A stretch of 64,000 nucleotides of DNA, taken from NCBI GenBank assembly GCA_965218435.1, contig CBDCKW010000009.1:960001-1024000 (forward strand). Reading direction: 5' to 3'. Shown here piece after piece: positions 19,020 to 29,673 of the stretch. The notes beneath the pieces are model-generated. The model had not been told where the DNA came from. It worked only from the letters and a program-made list of their open reading frames with translations, and searched no databases. The DNA is from Truepera sp. Its GTDB lineage: Bacteria > Deinococcota > Deinococci > Deinococcales > Trueperaceae. Every line of letters begins with the position of its first letter. The stretch's first letter is position 1. The position numbers were made by a program, and so were the translations under genes.

Positions 19020-21788
19020 TTAAGTCACAGTGTATGTGTCGGCAAGCGTCTGTAACGTCGTTGCTGCATTGAAGGCATCGTGTGGAATGAGCAGATACGC
19101 CCAGGGCTTTGCACCGTTAGCTTGCGCGTGTTCGCTGGCGTGGCGACACCACGTCGCCGCCGCTCGAGCCTTCTTCTGCACCGTCTCGTCATCTACCTGA
19201 TCCCGGCGCTTAGGCTCGCACAGGTACTTATGTGTCCGTGTTTCGACCACGAAGTCCGGTTCGTAATAGTGCCCTCGTTCGTAATGAATCGACAATTGCG
19301 TCCGGGCAGGCTTAAACCACTTGAGCGTGTCTTCATCACGCTCGAGCAAGCGGGCGAACTCGAGTTCAGTGTTCGAGTCGAATTTTTGCAGGGGATACAA
19401 GCACTTGCCAAACCCTGAAAAGATCATCCGGCGGATGCGTTGCGGGTCGCTCACTGTTTGCTGAAAATCTACCGGCGCGCATCCTTCGGGCGCGTCGTAG
19501 CTGTTCGCGCGTAACTGGCTAAACCCCTGCACCACCTTCACCTCGTAAGCCGTACTCTCTTCGCAGTAATTCGCCTGCATCTGGGTATGAACGAGTTCAG
19601 CTAACCGCCTACCGTGATAGTGCAGCACGTTGTCTACCGCATCCTCGTTCGCCAGATACCCCCGCGCGTGCGCGACGACTTGCCCTGCCAGGTCATAAAG
19701 CACCTCGGCGTGCGTGTCGTAAGACACGTCATCGTAAAGGCGTAGATGGTTGACGAGATAGTTTTCCGGTCGGGCCTCCCAGATGGCGTACACGCCCCGT
19801 AACCGCTCGCGTTCGTGGGTGCGAAGGTAGTGAATCAAGATGTCCTGCGACACGGGTTGCAGGGCAAAATCCAAATCCAGGTCGAAGCATTCGTACTTAC
19901 CGGTAACACGTCCGATAGGCGTGAACCTGATCAGCGGGATGTCTATCGTGCGCTCCATAAACATGCTTGTGACCGTAGCGACGATACGGTCGGGATCGGG
20001 TCGCTGCACCTCTTGCTCTGCCGCACCCTCTCCGGCGTCCTCGAGGCGCTGCACCACTGCCGCACGTTGGGCAATCTCTCTAAGCCCTGCTTGTACTTCG
20101 GGCTGTAAGAGCGCCTGGGAGGTTGGCAGGTGGCTGTACTGCTCACTGATCGCCGCGCGGACGCGCCTCGCCATCTGGCGCTCGAGCCCTGTTTCAAAGA
20201 TGCGTGGTTGTGGGGGGAGCGTCGCCTTGCTCGGGGGAGTCGTTTCCACTACGCCCGGAACAGCCTCATCCTTTAGCACCTCATCTGTAGGCGGTTCGGC
20301 AAACGCCTCATCCAACCCGGAGGTTACAGTTATCGCCGTGCGTGCCTCGACGTGAATGTCACGCCCGATCACAAGCCCGGTACGGAGGATCGACTCTGGT
20401 TTATTCGCCTCGGCAATAATCTCCGAAAACTTGTCGTGGGCGATGATGTTGAGCCGGTCTACCGGCTTGACCCCGGTGCGCCGTCCAAAAGGTAGCCGCA
20501 ACCCGCGCCCGATGGACTGCTCGATAAGCGTTTTTGAGTTGGCAGCGCGTAGCGGGACGATGGTGTAAAGGTTCGTTACGTCCCAGCCTTCTTTAAGCAT
20601 GTTGACGTGAATAACGATCTCGGTAGGCTCTTTCGGGTTTTCGACCTGCATCAGGCGCTGCACATTGTCCTCGCGCTCTTCACCTGTCAGGCTCGAGTGA
20701 ACCGTAATCACCCGGTTCTTGTAACGCCCCTCGAAAAAGTTGTCGCTCTGAATCGTCTCTAGGAGCATCCCGGCGTGTTCGGTGTGTTGAGCAATAACCA
20801 AGATGAACGGTTTAACCGGCAGCGTATCGTTCTGTCGGGCGTAGAGGTCGAGTTCGACCTTGGTGTCTTCATGAAGTCGCACCGCATCCTCGAGCTTCAA
20901 CCGCTCTAATTGCCCGTCGCCTTTATAGTTTTCGGGATTGAAGTTTTCGCGGGTGATGACCGTCGGCTCTTTAACGAAACCATCTTTAAGGGCGCTCGAG
21001 AGTGGATAGCTGTACACAACGTTCTTAAATAGGATCGCCTTGCCCCCGCGCTCTACTTGCGGCGTCGCGGTCAGCTCGAGGCCCAACACCGGCTTAAGTT
21101 CGTTGATGGCGCGTACTCCGGCGCTGGCGCGGTAGTGGTGCGACTCGTCCATCAGGAGCACGAGGTCTTTAAGCCCTGCCAGGTAGTCGAAATAGCTCGT
21201 CCCGATGATCTCGCGGAAACGTTTGATTAAGGGTGCGTTGCCGCCGCGCACTTCGCTGTTGATTTTAGAGATGTTAAAGATGTTGATCTCGACCGGGCTA
21301 TACAAACCCAAAGGCGGTTGCACCCGGTACTGCTGATAGGTGTCGCCGGTAATGAGGTCGGGCGGCGTCGTTACGAACTCGGCAATCCCCTGAAACACAT
21401 ACTTGGGCGTGTTCGGCGTAAAGTCGGCGATCAACTTGTCGTAAACGGTAAGGTTCGGCGCGACGACGAAAAAGTGCTTGATGCCCTTCTCGGCGTATAG
21501 ATAGGTGACGAACGCCCCCATCAGGCGCGTTTTGCCGACGCCGGTCGCCAAGGCAAAACAGAGTGAAGGAAACGTCCGCTCGAAGTCCTCGACGGTAGGG
21601 AACTCGCTGCGGACAAGCTCGAGCGCCTCTTGCGGGTTCAGCTCTCCGGTCATGTCTAAGATGTCGGTAACGCGGCCTAGAATCTCGAGCGAACGGCGTT
21701 GCGGCGCTCGCAAGCTGAGCCGCCCGCTGATCGCGTTGATGGTGCGTGTGCCAGTTTTGAGGGTAAAAGGTGCTAAAGGTTGCGTCAC
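19020..21788 (-). CDS. res: Type III restriction endonuclease, Res subunit
   Basis: LATGVGKT, DESHH, TATP, MLKEGWDV, QSIGRGLR; C-terminal YEPDF...CEPK nuclease. Confidence 0.93.
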   Translation of the reverse strand: MTQPLAPFTLKTGTRTINAISGRLSLRAPQRRSLEILGRVTDILDMTGELNPQEALELVRSEFPTVEDFERTFPSLCFALATGVGKTRLMGAFVTYLYAEKGIKHFFVVAPNLTVYDKLIADFTPNTPKYVFQGIAEFVTTPPDLITGDTYQQYRVQPPLGLYSPVEINIFNISKINSEVRGGNAPLIKRFREIIGTSYFDYLAGLKDLVLLMDESHHYRASAGVRAINELKPVLGLELTATPQVERGGKAILFKNVVYSYPLSSALKDGFVKEPTVITRENFNPENYKGDGQLERLKLEDAVRLHEDTKVELDLYARQNDTLPVKPFILVIAQHTEHAGMLLETIQSDNFFEGRYKNRVITVHSSLTGEEREDNVQRLMQVENPKEPTEIVIHVNMLKEGWDVTNLYTIVPLRAANSKTLIEQSIGRGLRLPFGRRTGVKPVDRLNIIAHDKFSEIIAEANKPESILRTGLVIGRDIHVEARTAITVTSGLDEAFAEPPTDEVLKDEAVPGVVETTPPSKATLPPQPRIFETGLERQMARRVRAAISEQYSHLPTSQALLQPEVQAGLREIAQRAAVVQRLEDAGEGAAEQEVQRPDPDRIVATVTSMFMERTIDIPLIRFTPIGRVTGKYECFDLDLDFALQPVSQDILIHYLRTHERERLRGVYAIWEARPENYLVNHLRLYDDVSYDTHAEVLYDLAGQVVAHARGYLANEDAVDNVLHYHGRRLAELVHTQMQANYCEESTAYEVKVVQGFSQLRANSYDAPEGCAPVDFQQTVSDPQRIRRMIFSGFGKCLYPLQKFDSNTELEFARLLERDEDTLKWFKPARTQLSIHYERGHYYEPDFVVETRTHKYLCEPKRRDQVDDETVQKKARAAATWCRHASEHAQANGAKPWAYLLIPHDAFNAATTLQTLADTYTVT

Positions 21789-23491
21789 TGCTCTACCGCT
21801 TCATTTTGAAACAAGGGCTTCATAGCGTGTGGGCGCTCTTTCGCCGCCTCTGCTTTTTGTTCCGTATCCGATGTGGGCACCGGGGGCAAGTTCGTAACGT
21901 TAAGGCTGTAATCATCCTTGCCAAACTCACAGCGGTGCAGCACAGCCTGCGGAATCTTCTTTAAGGTCAAGTTCGGAAAGTGCGACACATCCGCACGCCA
22001 CGCGCTGCAACAGATGAGCAGCGTGCGCGTCTCGCCTACTTCATCGGAAAGCACCATCAACTGCTCATGGGTCAGGGTTTGCGTCGTCACATAGATAAAG
22101 TCGTGTTCAGTTGAGGAGCCCTGCTGCCAGTACACCGTTTTGCTTGGGCTATATCTAAACCCCTCGTGTTTGCACACGGCTTCCGCTAGCATCTCAGCTC
22201 TGTAGTCCTTATTGATGACCCAGTTGTCCCACTTGTCGCGCGTGAGCAGTGAGGGTGCCAGCTTAAAGTAGCGAAAGCCGCCCCCACCTTTCCAGCCCAC
22301 CGCCTCAGTGATACCGCCCGCATCGGCACCGTTGATAACCTTTTTCAGACGGGGAATGATATGCGTGTGACAGTGCTCGCCAAGCTCGACCATAATCCAG
22401 CGCCGACCCATCTTGTGCGCCACTGCACCAGTAGTTCCGGAACCTCCGAAACTATCTAGTGTCAGGTCGCCTTTTTCCGTAGCGACATCGAAAATTCGCT
22501 CGATGAGCTGTTCCGGTTTGGGAGTCTCAAACGGGTTAACGTTCGGCAGTAACGCCCGTTGGTGGGCTTTGGCCTGTCTAGTGGTTTGTAAATCACCCCA
22601 GATAGTAGGAAACGGTCTCGATGGATTGTCCGGCGCGTACTCCCGCGTGTAGGGCACCCATCTCTCTTCTCCTGCTATCACGCGCCGCTTCCAGATGAGT
22701 AAATTATTTTCTACCATCGAAAGAACAGACTTTTTTCCAGACGCCCAGCGTGCTGGGCGTCCGTCGTCATGCGTCGGATACACCTCATTACCATCCGGGT
22801 CTAATATTGGAAAGTACATCGATGGTCTATCTTCGCGCAGGCTGTTTTTTCCATTTTTTTTGAGCAGTCGATCTCTATACGGTATTTCGGAAGTTTCATC
22901 CGGCGCACGGTAGGCATTCAGAATATTTGCGTCTGATTTTCGCCCAAATTTAACGCCATTTGGTTGTTTGGTATAGCAGAGGAGATATTCGTGATCCGGT
23001 GTTATCGAAACTTTATTGTCGTTAGGACTGTCTACTTTTCTCCAGATAAAAGTCGTGACGAAGTTGGCGCGTCCGAAAATCTCGTCCATCATCACTTTTA
23101 GATATGCGTGTTCGTTGTCGTCGCAGTGTGCCCATATAGAGCCACTGTTAGAAAGAAGACTGTGCAAGATGGTCAAGCGGTCACGCATGAGTGACAGCCA
23201 AACAGAATGTTCTAGACCGTCGTCGTATTGTTCAAACGCTTGCTGGGTGTTGAAAGGCGGGTCGATGTAAATACATTTGACCTTACCTGCAAATTCCTGC
23301 TCTAACGCCTTAAGCGCCAGCAGGTTATCCCCGAAAATCAGTCGATTATCAAACTGGTCGGCGTCGCCATAGCTGTAATCAGCATGATACGAAAGCTTTT
23401 GGTCTTCTACTAGAATGCGCGGTTCTGGGCGCTGTCGGTCGTCTTTTCCTACCCAAGTCAGCTCGAGTTTGTTTCGGTGTATAGTGAGCAT
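21785..23491 (-). CDS. mod: Type III RM methyltransferase, Mod subunit (N6-adenine)
   Basis: KLELTWVGK, GDNLLAL, IYIDPPFN, TPKPE, LDSFGGSGTT; overlaps the res start; AT-richer central TRD; alternative start 23545. Confidence 0.93.
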   Translation of the reverse strand: MLTIHRNKLELTWVGKDDRQRPEPRILVEDQKLSYHADYSYGDADQFDNRLIFGDNLLALKALEQEFAGKVKCIYIDPPFNTQQAFEQYDDGLEHSVWLSLMRDRLTILHSLLSNSGSIWAHCDDNEHAYLKVMMDEIFGRANFVTTFIWRKVDSPNDNKVSITPDHEYLLCYTKQPNGVKFGRKSDANILNAYRAPDETSEIPYRDRLLKKNGKNSLREDRPSMYFPILDPDGNEVYPTHDDGRPARWASGKKSVLSMVENNLLIWKRRVIAGEERWVPYTREYAPDNPSRPFPTIWGDLQTTRQAKAHQRALLPNVNPFETPKPEQLIERIFDVATEKGDLTLDSFGGSGTTGAVAHKMGRRWIMVELGEHCHTHIIPRLKKVINGADAGGITEAVGWKGGGGFRYFKLAPSLLTRDKWDNWVINKDYRAEMLAEAVCKHEGFRYSPSKTVYWQQGSSTEHDFIYVTTQTLTHEQLMVLSDEVGETRTLLICCSAWRADVSHFPNLTLKKIPQAVLHRCEFGKDDYSLNVTNLPPVPTSDTEQKAEAAKERPHAMKPLFQNEAVEQ

Positions 23492-23685
23492 AATGTACCT
23501 CGAAAGATATAAATCAGTCGAGTCGGTCAGCGTATGCGATTTCATTTCTGGTCAATACGTTTAAGAAATTTTACTTTTTACCCACGAATAAATCTATGAG
23601 TTACTTAAGTTTCGGCACAGGCTTGACGAAAACTTCAGACAATTATACTTTTACTGTAGGTACCTACCAAGAGTATACTTAAGGC

Positions 23686-24557
23686 ATGGAACGGTACACG
23701 CTTAAACAGTTCATGCTTGAATTTCCTGATGATGCCGTGTGCTTAGCGTGGCTCAAAAACTATCGCTGGGCTGATGGTATCTATTGCGAGAAATGCGGAC
23801 GTGTAACTAAGCATCACCTCGTTCTTAGCCGCAGGTCGTTCAGCTGCCAAGAATGTGGTCATCACGTACATCCAACGGCTAACACTATCTTTCATAAGTC
23901 CTCAACCTCCCTGACTCAGTGGTTTTACGCTGTGTTCCTAATGGCCTCAACCCGTTGCGGTATCAGTGCCAAGCAGGTAGAGCGTGAGTTAGGCGTGACG
24001 TACAAGACTGCATGGCGTATGTGTAAGCTTATTCGTGACCGCCTAGCCGATGATAGCGACCCGTTTAAGGGTGATAACGGCGACGTTGAGGCCAATGAAA
24101 CCTATGTGGGTGGTAAGACTCTAGGTGGCAAACGCGGACGCGATGCCGAAAAGAAAACCGCTGAGTTTAGCGTGGTATAGCGTCAAAGCGGCGTGAAAGT
24201 CATAGTTGTACTCGACGTGAAGCGCAAAACCGTCATGCCGCTGCTCGAGAATGCGGTAGAAAAGGGTGCCCTCGTTCATACGGACGAATTCGTGATTTAC
24301 GACAACCTGCTCGAAAAAGGTTATAAGCACGAGCGCATTATGCACGAGTTAAAGGTGTATGTGAATGACGACGTACATACCAACACCATTGAAGGTTTTT
24401 GGGCGCTCGTCAAGACAGGCATCGTAGGTGTCTTTCATGGCATTAGTGCTACCTGCAAAGCTACCTAAATGAATACGCCTTCCGGTGGTTATACCGGAAG
24501 GACGATACGCCGATGTTTAGAAGCCTTATGAAACAAGCAGGCGTAAAGGCAGTCTAG
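23686..24557 (+). pseudogene. IS1595 (ISXO2-like) transposase with an in-frame stop and a frameshift
   Basis: Zn ribbon CEKC...CQEC, VEANETYVGG, HTDE, HTNTIEGFW; TAG at 24178-24180. Confidence 0.88.
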
Positions 24558-25555
24558 TTTTTACCAACTACTTTTTCCAGTGCTGTTTGGAACTCGCCTC
24601 GGGTGAAATTTGCGTTGCTCAAAGCTTCCCCGTCCTCAACATCGTCTGGATCTAGCACTTGCTGCAAACCATTCTGTACAGGCTTTGCTTGGTCGATAAA
24701 ACGCATAAACTGGTTCCAGTTTCTGCTAACCATCATCAGTGTTACTACAGAGTCTAGATGTTCGTGAAGGCGTAACCGGCCTTGTTCTTGAGTTAGGGAT
24801 TGGTGATACTTTGCTTTTGGACGTCCCTTGTCGTTTCGGGGCGTTATTTCACGTAGAGCGTCTAAAACGTAAGGTGCCAAACGGGAGTAGACAATATCAT
24901 TAGTGATATGTCCAATAACAGCGGGTCTATTTCTAGGTACCACATCATCGTACTGCCATCCTTTGAGACGATAAAGCTGTTTATAAAACTCGTCGGGGAA
25001 CGTTTTTTGCCATTTCCGCAAGTCTTTAGCTATCCAATCTTCTAAAAGCTGCTCCAACGCTTGGCGCGGTCTCGAGTATTGATAACCTGTTGCCTCGTCA
25101 ACTAGGGCAACAATCCCGAGCTTAGCAAAAGCTCTTACTAAAACTTCACACCTGGCGGCAATCGCTAATTGTGCCCCCTTCAAAACACCTGCTTCACGAG
25201 CCTTCAAGTAAACCTCACAGACTTCGGGCAAGAGTTCTGCCCGGTATCCAAAAGCCTTCACTCCGGTGTCTGGATAGCGAAAAAGTATAGGTTTACTCGA
25301 GGCCCTCAATTCGCGTGCTACAAAGGGTTGAAGGTTCCTTGCGCTGATAAAAAAGGGGGTTTCCTCGACTACCGACGCGCCCGTTCCGCCAGGTGGCGTA
25401 GCACTACGCCTAAGAGCAGTTAAGAAACTGCCTTGAGATAGCACTCGAATACCATCTTTTAAGACAGCACACGAAATACCAATATCGGCAATTTTAAGCG
25501 TACCCACGTGCATACCTTCATGTAGCGGTTCTATCTCTAGGCTCTTTTGTTCCAT
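24554..25555 (-). CDS. P63C domain protein
   Basis: CAVLKDGIRVLSQ...GIVALVDEATGYQ...WQKTFPDEFY...IGHITNDIVYSRLAP. Confidence 0.88.
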   Translation of the reverse strand: MEQKSLEIEPLHEGMHVGTLKIADIGISCAVLKDGIRVLSQGSFLTALRRSATPPGGTGASVVEETPFFISARNLQPFVARELRASSKPILFRYPDTGVKAFGYRAELLPEVCEVYLKAREAGVLKGAQLAIAARCEVLVRAFAKLGIVALVDEATGYQYSRPRQALEQLLEDWIAKDLRKWQKTFPDEFYKQLYRLKGWQYDDVVPRNRPAVIGHITNDIVYSRLAPYVLDALREITPRNDKGRPKAKYHQSLTQEQGRLRLHEHLDSVVTLMMVSRNWNQFMRFIDQAKPVQNGLQQVLDPDDVEDGEALSNANFTRGEFQTALEKVVGKN

Positions 25556-25608
25556 GCAATCACATTAGCAGACTTAATTACCTACAGTCAAGGGATAGCC
25601 AACAAACT

Positions 25609-25908
25609 TTAAGCAGCACATGTTTCGCTTTGAAGATAGAGTCGGCAAACTTTACCTAGTGTAAAAAAGATCTCACCTTCTTCTAGCGAGGTTTCTTTTT
25701 TGCGGTACTGCGTCCGGCGCGTTTTCTTCCAAGTGCGCTGGGTTTTAACCAAAATGTCATCGTAAGTGGTGGGCAACCCTGCGCCGCCTTTTCCGTTACG
25801 AAGCCGCGAGCGAAACGGGCCGTAGTCGCGTTCGATCTCGGCAAGCTAGGTGTGAAAGAGTGCGTCGTAGCGCTTTTTCCGTGTTGTTCTAGGTGCTCGA
25901 AAAAACAT
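25609..25908 (-). pseudogene. Small basic phage-type protein with an internal TAG
   Basis: AGGAGG RBS; MFFRAPRTTRKKR...*...LPTTYDDI...QRTWKKTRRTQY. Confidence 0.4.
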
Positions 25909-26137
25909 AAGACCCTCCTTTGGTCTTACGTCTCCTCGAGTGCAGCGTTGTAAGCCTGCATGTTCTCCTCCTTGAGTTTAGGTTACGGCTTTTTGAGCGA
26001 GCGGTGTTCCAAACGAGCGAGAGCGGTACGGAACTGTTTATTTAAGCTGAGTAGTGCGAAAAGGCTGTTGTAGGGGAAGCGTGCTTGTACTCTAATCCCA
26101 TAACTCGAGCAAAACCGACCTTCCACTATGGTAGCGG

Positions 26138-26896
26138 TCAAGTTTGATCATCAAATAAAGATTCAAACATTCCTAAGTTCTTCGGCAGTGGGGGAGGCTT
26201 TACTGTTTCCGATTTTTTCATGGTGGCGTCGCTTTTGGGTGGTGAGCTTTCGTCTATTCCTTCTAGGGTGACTGCTTTCTCTAGTGGGCTTTGGTTCTCT
26301 GGCGTAGTGGGCACATCGACAACTTGCGGTTCGGTTTCTTCCAACTGTTCTGGTTTTGCTTTGCTGCCCTTCTGAATTGTAAAAGCTTTTTCCTCGGTGG
26401 GTTCGGGCTGGAGGTTAGCTTCAGGTTCTGGGGGAACCTTGATGTCACCCCTTCTAACCTTTTCTCGGTAACGGGACGCGGTAGCTGTGTGTATCGGCTT
26501 CTCGAGCTCCCTTTCTATGAACTCACAAATGACTTTGAGCGGCGTGTCGATGCCGCGTTCGTGAAGAAATCTTGCCAGGATGCCTTGCTGCGTCTCGCTT
26601 AGCGCACCGGGCCGCCCAGCACCGGGCCGCTTGGTCGAGCGGGTAAATATCTCTGTGTCGTCACGGTTGTAATCGCGTACAATCTGCCCCACCCTCGACG
26701 CTGAATAACCGGTCTTTTTGGCAATCCATCTTGCGGTCACACGCTTCGTGGTTCCCTCACCCTGCGGGAGCATAAGCGTAGGGGCTTGATAAACCAAACA
26801 GAGCACAAGCCACCGTCTTCTTACACTTCTGAAGTCGGCTGTCGCCGCCTGAACCAAAGCCTCAGCTAGATCGAATGGACTGGTAATCTCGAGCAT
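26138..26896 (-). CDS. HTH protein resembling the IS630 transposase DNA-binding region, with a P/E/K-rich tail and no DDE domain
   Basis: RRRWLVL...IAKKTGYSASRVGQIVRDYN...PGAGRPGALSETQ...ICEFIERE. Confidence 0.7.
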   Translation of the reverse strand: MLEITSPFDLAEALVQAATADFRSVRRRWLVLCLVYQAPTLMLPQGEGTTKRVTARWIAKKTGYSASRVGQIVRDYNRDDTEIFTRSTKRPGAGRPGALSETQQGILARFLHERGIDTPLKVICEFIERELEKPIHTATASRYREKVRRGDIKVPPEPEANLQPEPTEEKAFTIQKGSKAKPEQLEETEPQVVDVPTTPENQSPLEKAVTLEGIDESSPPKSDATMKKSETVKPPPLPKNLGMFESLFDDQT

Positions 26897-27015
26897 TTTA
26901 CCTCAAAAAGTAAATTGAATTTTGCAAACCTATTTTAATCCCGTATCAATCGTGATAAATCATAACCCATTGAAACAATTCAGAAACTTGCTGACTTGGG
27001 CGGGACACTCGGTGC

Positions 27016-27234
27016 GTGATTGACTCACAGAACATCCCTACATCCGCGAAGGTCAACCAACCCGTCCTCCTCACCGTGCGCCAAGCCGCCAAGATACTGA
27101 ACTTGGGTATCAACCGCACCTACGGGCTTGCCAATGCGGGCGTTCTACCGTGCATTCGGATTGGCAACACCCTCCGTATTCCTGCTACGGCATTAGAGCA
27201 GTGGATTCAAGACAACATCGGAAAGAAGTTTTGA
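27016..27234 (+). CDS. Excisionase-like HTH (HTH_17) protein
   Basis: LLTVRQAAKILNLG...YGL...LPCIRIG...RIPATALEQWI. Confidence 0.88.
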   Translation: MIDSQNIPTSAKVNQPVLLTVRQAAKILNLGINRTYGLANAGVLPCIRIGNTLRIPATALEQWIQDNIGKKF

Positions 27235-27235
27235 G

Positions 27236-28132
27236 GTGGCTGATGTTGCAGTGCTCAAGGCTGCCATTCTCTTCGCCGAACTCGTCAGCGAAACGCATGA
27301 GTTTGGGCGTAACGGTAAGGTGCTGTGCCCGGTTCACGACGACCGCAACCCAAGCTGCCATATTTACCCGGACAGCTTTTACTGCTTTGCGTGTGGGGCT
27401 CACGGCGACGCTGTGGACTGGCTCGAGGCGGTTTACAACCTCGACACTGCCGAAGCCATACGAGACCTCGAGCAGCGTGCAGGCGGTGCGGTAGGCGTTA
27501 CGCTAACCCGCGTACCTGTCAAAGTTGCCAAACCTGCCCCCACCTTCAAACCGGTTGCACCAGAGGTGCTCGAGCGCCACTACCGCCAAGCCGCCCAGTT
27601 ATGCCGCGTTCCCCTTTCAATGGCGGGGCGCGGGTTTACCTTGGGGGACTTACAACAGCTCGGCTTCCGCGCTGAACGGGACGACGCGCTTTTTCCCGTA
27701 TTCGGCCCGAGCGGAACCGTTCTTAACATCAAGCGTCGCAAAGCGCATCCGAAAACCAAAAACGACCGCTTCATCGGGCTGGCAGGTCACGGTAGTCCGG
27801 CGTGGTGCTCACCAGGCTTTTTGAACCATAACGAAGTGCTTGTAATTGAAGGGGAGTTAAACGCGATGGCATGTTCCTTAGTACGACCTGACTTGGGTGT
27901 CATGGGTGTAGCAGGTAGTGGTGGAAAACCACACCTTGACGTACTCAAAGGCCGCACCGCTTACGTTTATGGCGACGACGATGAGGCAGGTCAAGAAGCG
28001 CGTGATAAGTGGGCGACGCAGGCGCTCGAGGCGGGTGCTTGCAAGGTTTACACCCTTGACCCATGGCCTATGGATGCGTGCGATATAGCAGGTCAAGAGG
28101 GCCGTACTGCCCTCAGAAAGCTTTTGGAATGA
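27236..28132 (+). CDS. DNA primase-like protein (CHC2 zinc finger + TOPRIM)
   Basis: CPVHDDRNPS...CFACGAHGDAVDW; VIEGE; YGDDDEAG. Confidence 0.9.
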   Translation: MADVAVLKAAILFAELVSETHEFGRNGKVLCPVHDDRNPSCHIYPDSFYCFACGAHGDAVDWLEAVYNLDTAEAIRDLEQRAGGAVGVTLTRVPVKVAKPAPTFKPVAPEVLERHYRQAAQLCRVPLSMAGRGFTLGDLQQLGFRAERDDALFPVFGPSGTVLNIKRRKAHPKTKNDRFIGLAGHGSPAWCSPGFLNHNEVLVIEGELNAMACSLVRPDLGVMGVAGSGGKPHLDVLKGRTAYVYGDDDEAGQEARDKWATQALEAGACKVYTLDPWPMDACDIAGQEGRTALRKLLE

Positions 28133-29673
28133 AAGGGGCGACCGAAGTGAAGCTGCCCGAATGGGAAGCCTTGCTCGAGCTACCCAAATCCGTACCTGAA
28201 GTACCGACCCTACCTGCTGAAATGATACCCGAGCCGTTGCGCCCGTGGGTTGACGATGGAGCCGAACGGCTCTGTGTTCACCGCGAATACATCGCCATAC
28301 CCGTTCTGGTTTCGCTCAGTGCAGTGGTTGGGCGCACCGTCGGGATTCACCCTAAACAGTATGACGACTGGCTCGAGGTGCCGAACTTATGGGGCGCACC
28401 AGTAGGCCCACCGTCGTCGAAAAAGTCCCCAGCTATGGCTGAAGGCACCGCACCTTTAGACCGTCTTGCAGCCCTCTCTGCTGAAGCCTACGCCAACGCC
28501 CAAGCCGAGCGTGAAGCCGACGCCGAGATCATCAAACTCGAGCTTGAAACTATCAAAAAACAGGCACGGAAAAAGGGTGCCAAGCCTGGAGATTTTCGGG
28601 ACGAACTACAAACCAAGTTAAGTGAACTCGAAGAGAACGACGTACCCGAACGCCGCTACCTTACGAACGATGGCACCATCGAAAAGATTGCTGAACTGCT
28701 AAAAGCAAACCCACGCGGCCTACTCGTCAAACGAGATGAGCTGATCGGGCTCTTGCGAACCTGCGATAAAGCAGGGCACGAAACCGACCGCGCTTTTTAT
28801 CTCGAGGCTTGGAACGGCAAAGGACGCCACACCATCGACCGGGTAGGTAAAGGCACGTTTCATATTCCGGCGTTGACCCTGGCAGTGTTGGGCGGGATTC
28901 AGCCGGGGCCGTTAGCGAGCTATGTACGCGGCGCAGTTGACGGTGAGGGAGGCGCTGACGGACTCTTACAGCGTTTTCAGCTGCTTGTTTGGCCCGACCG
29001 TCAGCGGCCTTACGTCAACGTTGACCGCTGCGCTGACACCGCCGCTAAGAGCCGTGCTTTTGAGATATTCGAGTTTTTAGACTCGAAAACGGGCGAAGAA
29101 CTCGGCGCAAAAAAAGATGAGCTGAATCCGGACAGTATCCCGGCACTGCGCTTTAGCCCACAAGCTCAAGGGCTCTTTAACGACTGGCTCGAGTCGCTGA
29201 TGGGGCGCTTGCTCTCGCCCGAACTGGAGGCGACCCCGGCGTTTCATGCACACCTCAGTAAGTACCCGTCACTTATGCCAAGTTTGGCGCTGCTCTTTCA
29301 TCTGGTAGACGTTGCCGACGGTAGAGCATCCGGCCCGGTCTCGGCAGACGCCGCCGATCTTGCTATCAACTGGTGTGACTTTCTGGAGTTACACGCGCGA
29401 AAGCTTTACGCCCTAGAACTCAACCGTGAAGCCGCGAGCGTCCATGCTTTAGCAGAGCGGATTGAGCAGGGTGAAGTACAAGACAGTCAAAACGTCTCAG
29501 ACCTTTACCGGCACAAATGGCCCAATCTCAAAACCGCTGACGAAGTAGCCGCTGCACTGGGTGTTCTCGAGTCCTGCCACTGGCTGCGGGTCGAAGAAAT
29601 ACCTAACCCCGGAGCAAGGCCGACAAAACAGATACGTCTGAATCCAAAAACGATAGGTGGTAAGCATGGCTGA
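28129..29673 (+). CDS. DUF3987/YfjI-family ATPase (putative replicative helicase)
   Basis: PNLWG..VGPPSSKKSP, DGTIEK, RDEL, LEAWNG, DRVGKG, GGIQP, DGLLQRF; ATGA overlap with the primase. Confidence 0.88.
   Translation: MKGATEVKLPEWEALLELPKSVPEVPTLPAEMIPEPLRPWVDDGAERLCVHREYIAIPVLVSLSAVVGRTVGIHPKQYDDWLEVPNLWGAPVGPPSSKKSPAMAEGTAPLDRLAALSAEAYANAQAEREADAEIIKLELETIKKQARKKGAKPGDFRDELQTKLSELEENDVPERRYLTNDGTIEKIAELLKANPRGLLVKRDELIGLLRTCDKAGHETDRAFYLEAWNGKGRHTIDRVGKGTFHIPALTLAVLGGIQPGPLASYVRGAVDGEGGADGLLQRFQLLVWPDRQRPYVNVDRCADTAAKSRAFEIFEFLDSKTGEELGAKKDELNPDSIPALRFSPQAQGLFNDWLESLMGRLLSPELEATPAFHAHLSKYPSLMPSLALLFHLVDVADGRASGPVSADAADLAINWCDFLELHARKLYALELNREAASVHALAERIEQGEVQDSQNVSDLYRHKWPNLKTADEVAAALGVLESCHWLRVEEIPNPGARPTKQIRLNPKTIGGKHG

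Larger units (their letters stand above)
23641..25600 (+). mobile_element. IS1595-family element with a passenger gene
   Basis: Imperfect TIRs sharing ACTGTAGGTA (23641-23662; 25579-25600) around the transposase and the P63C gene. Confidence 0.65.
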
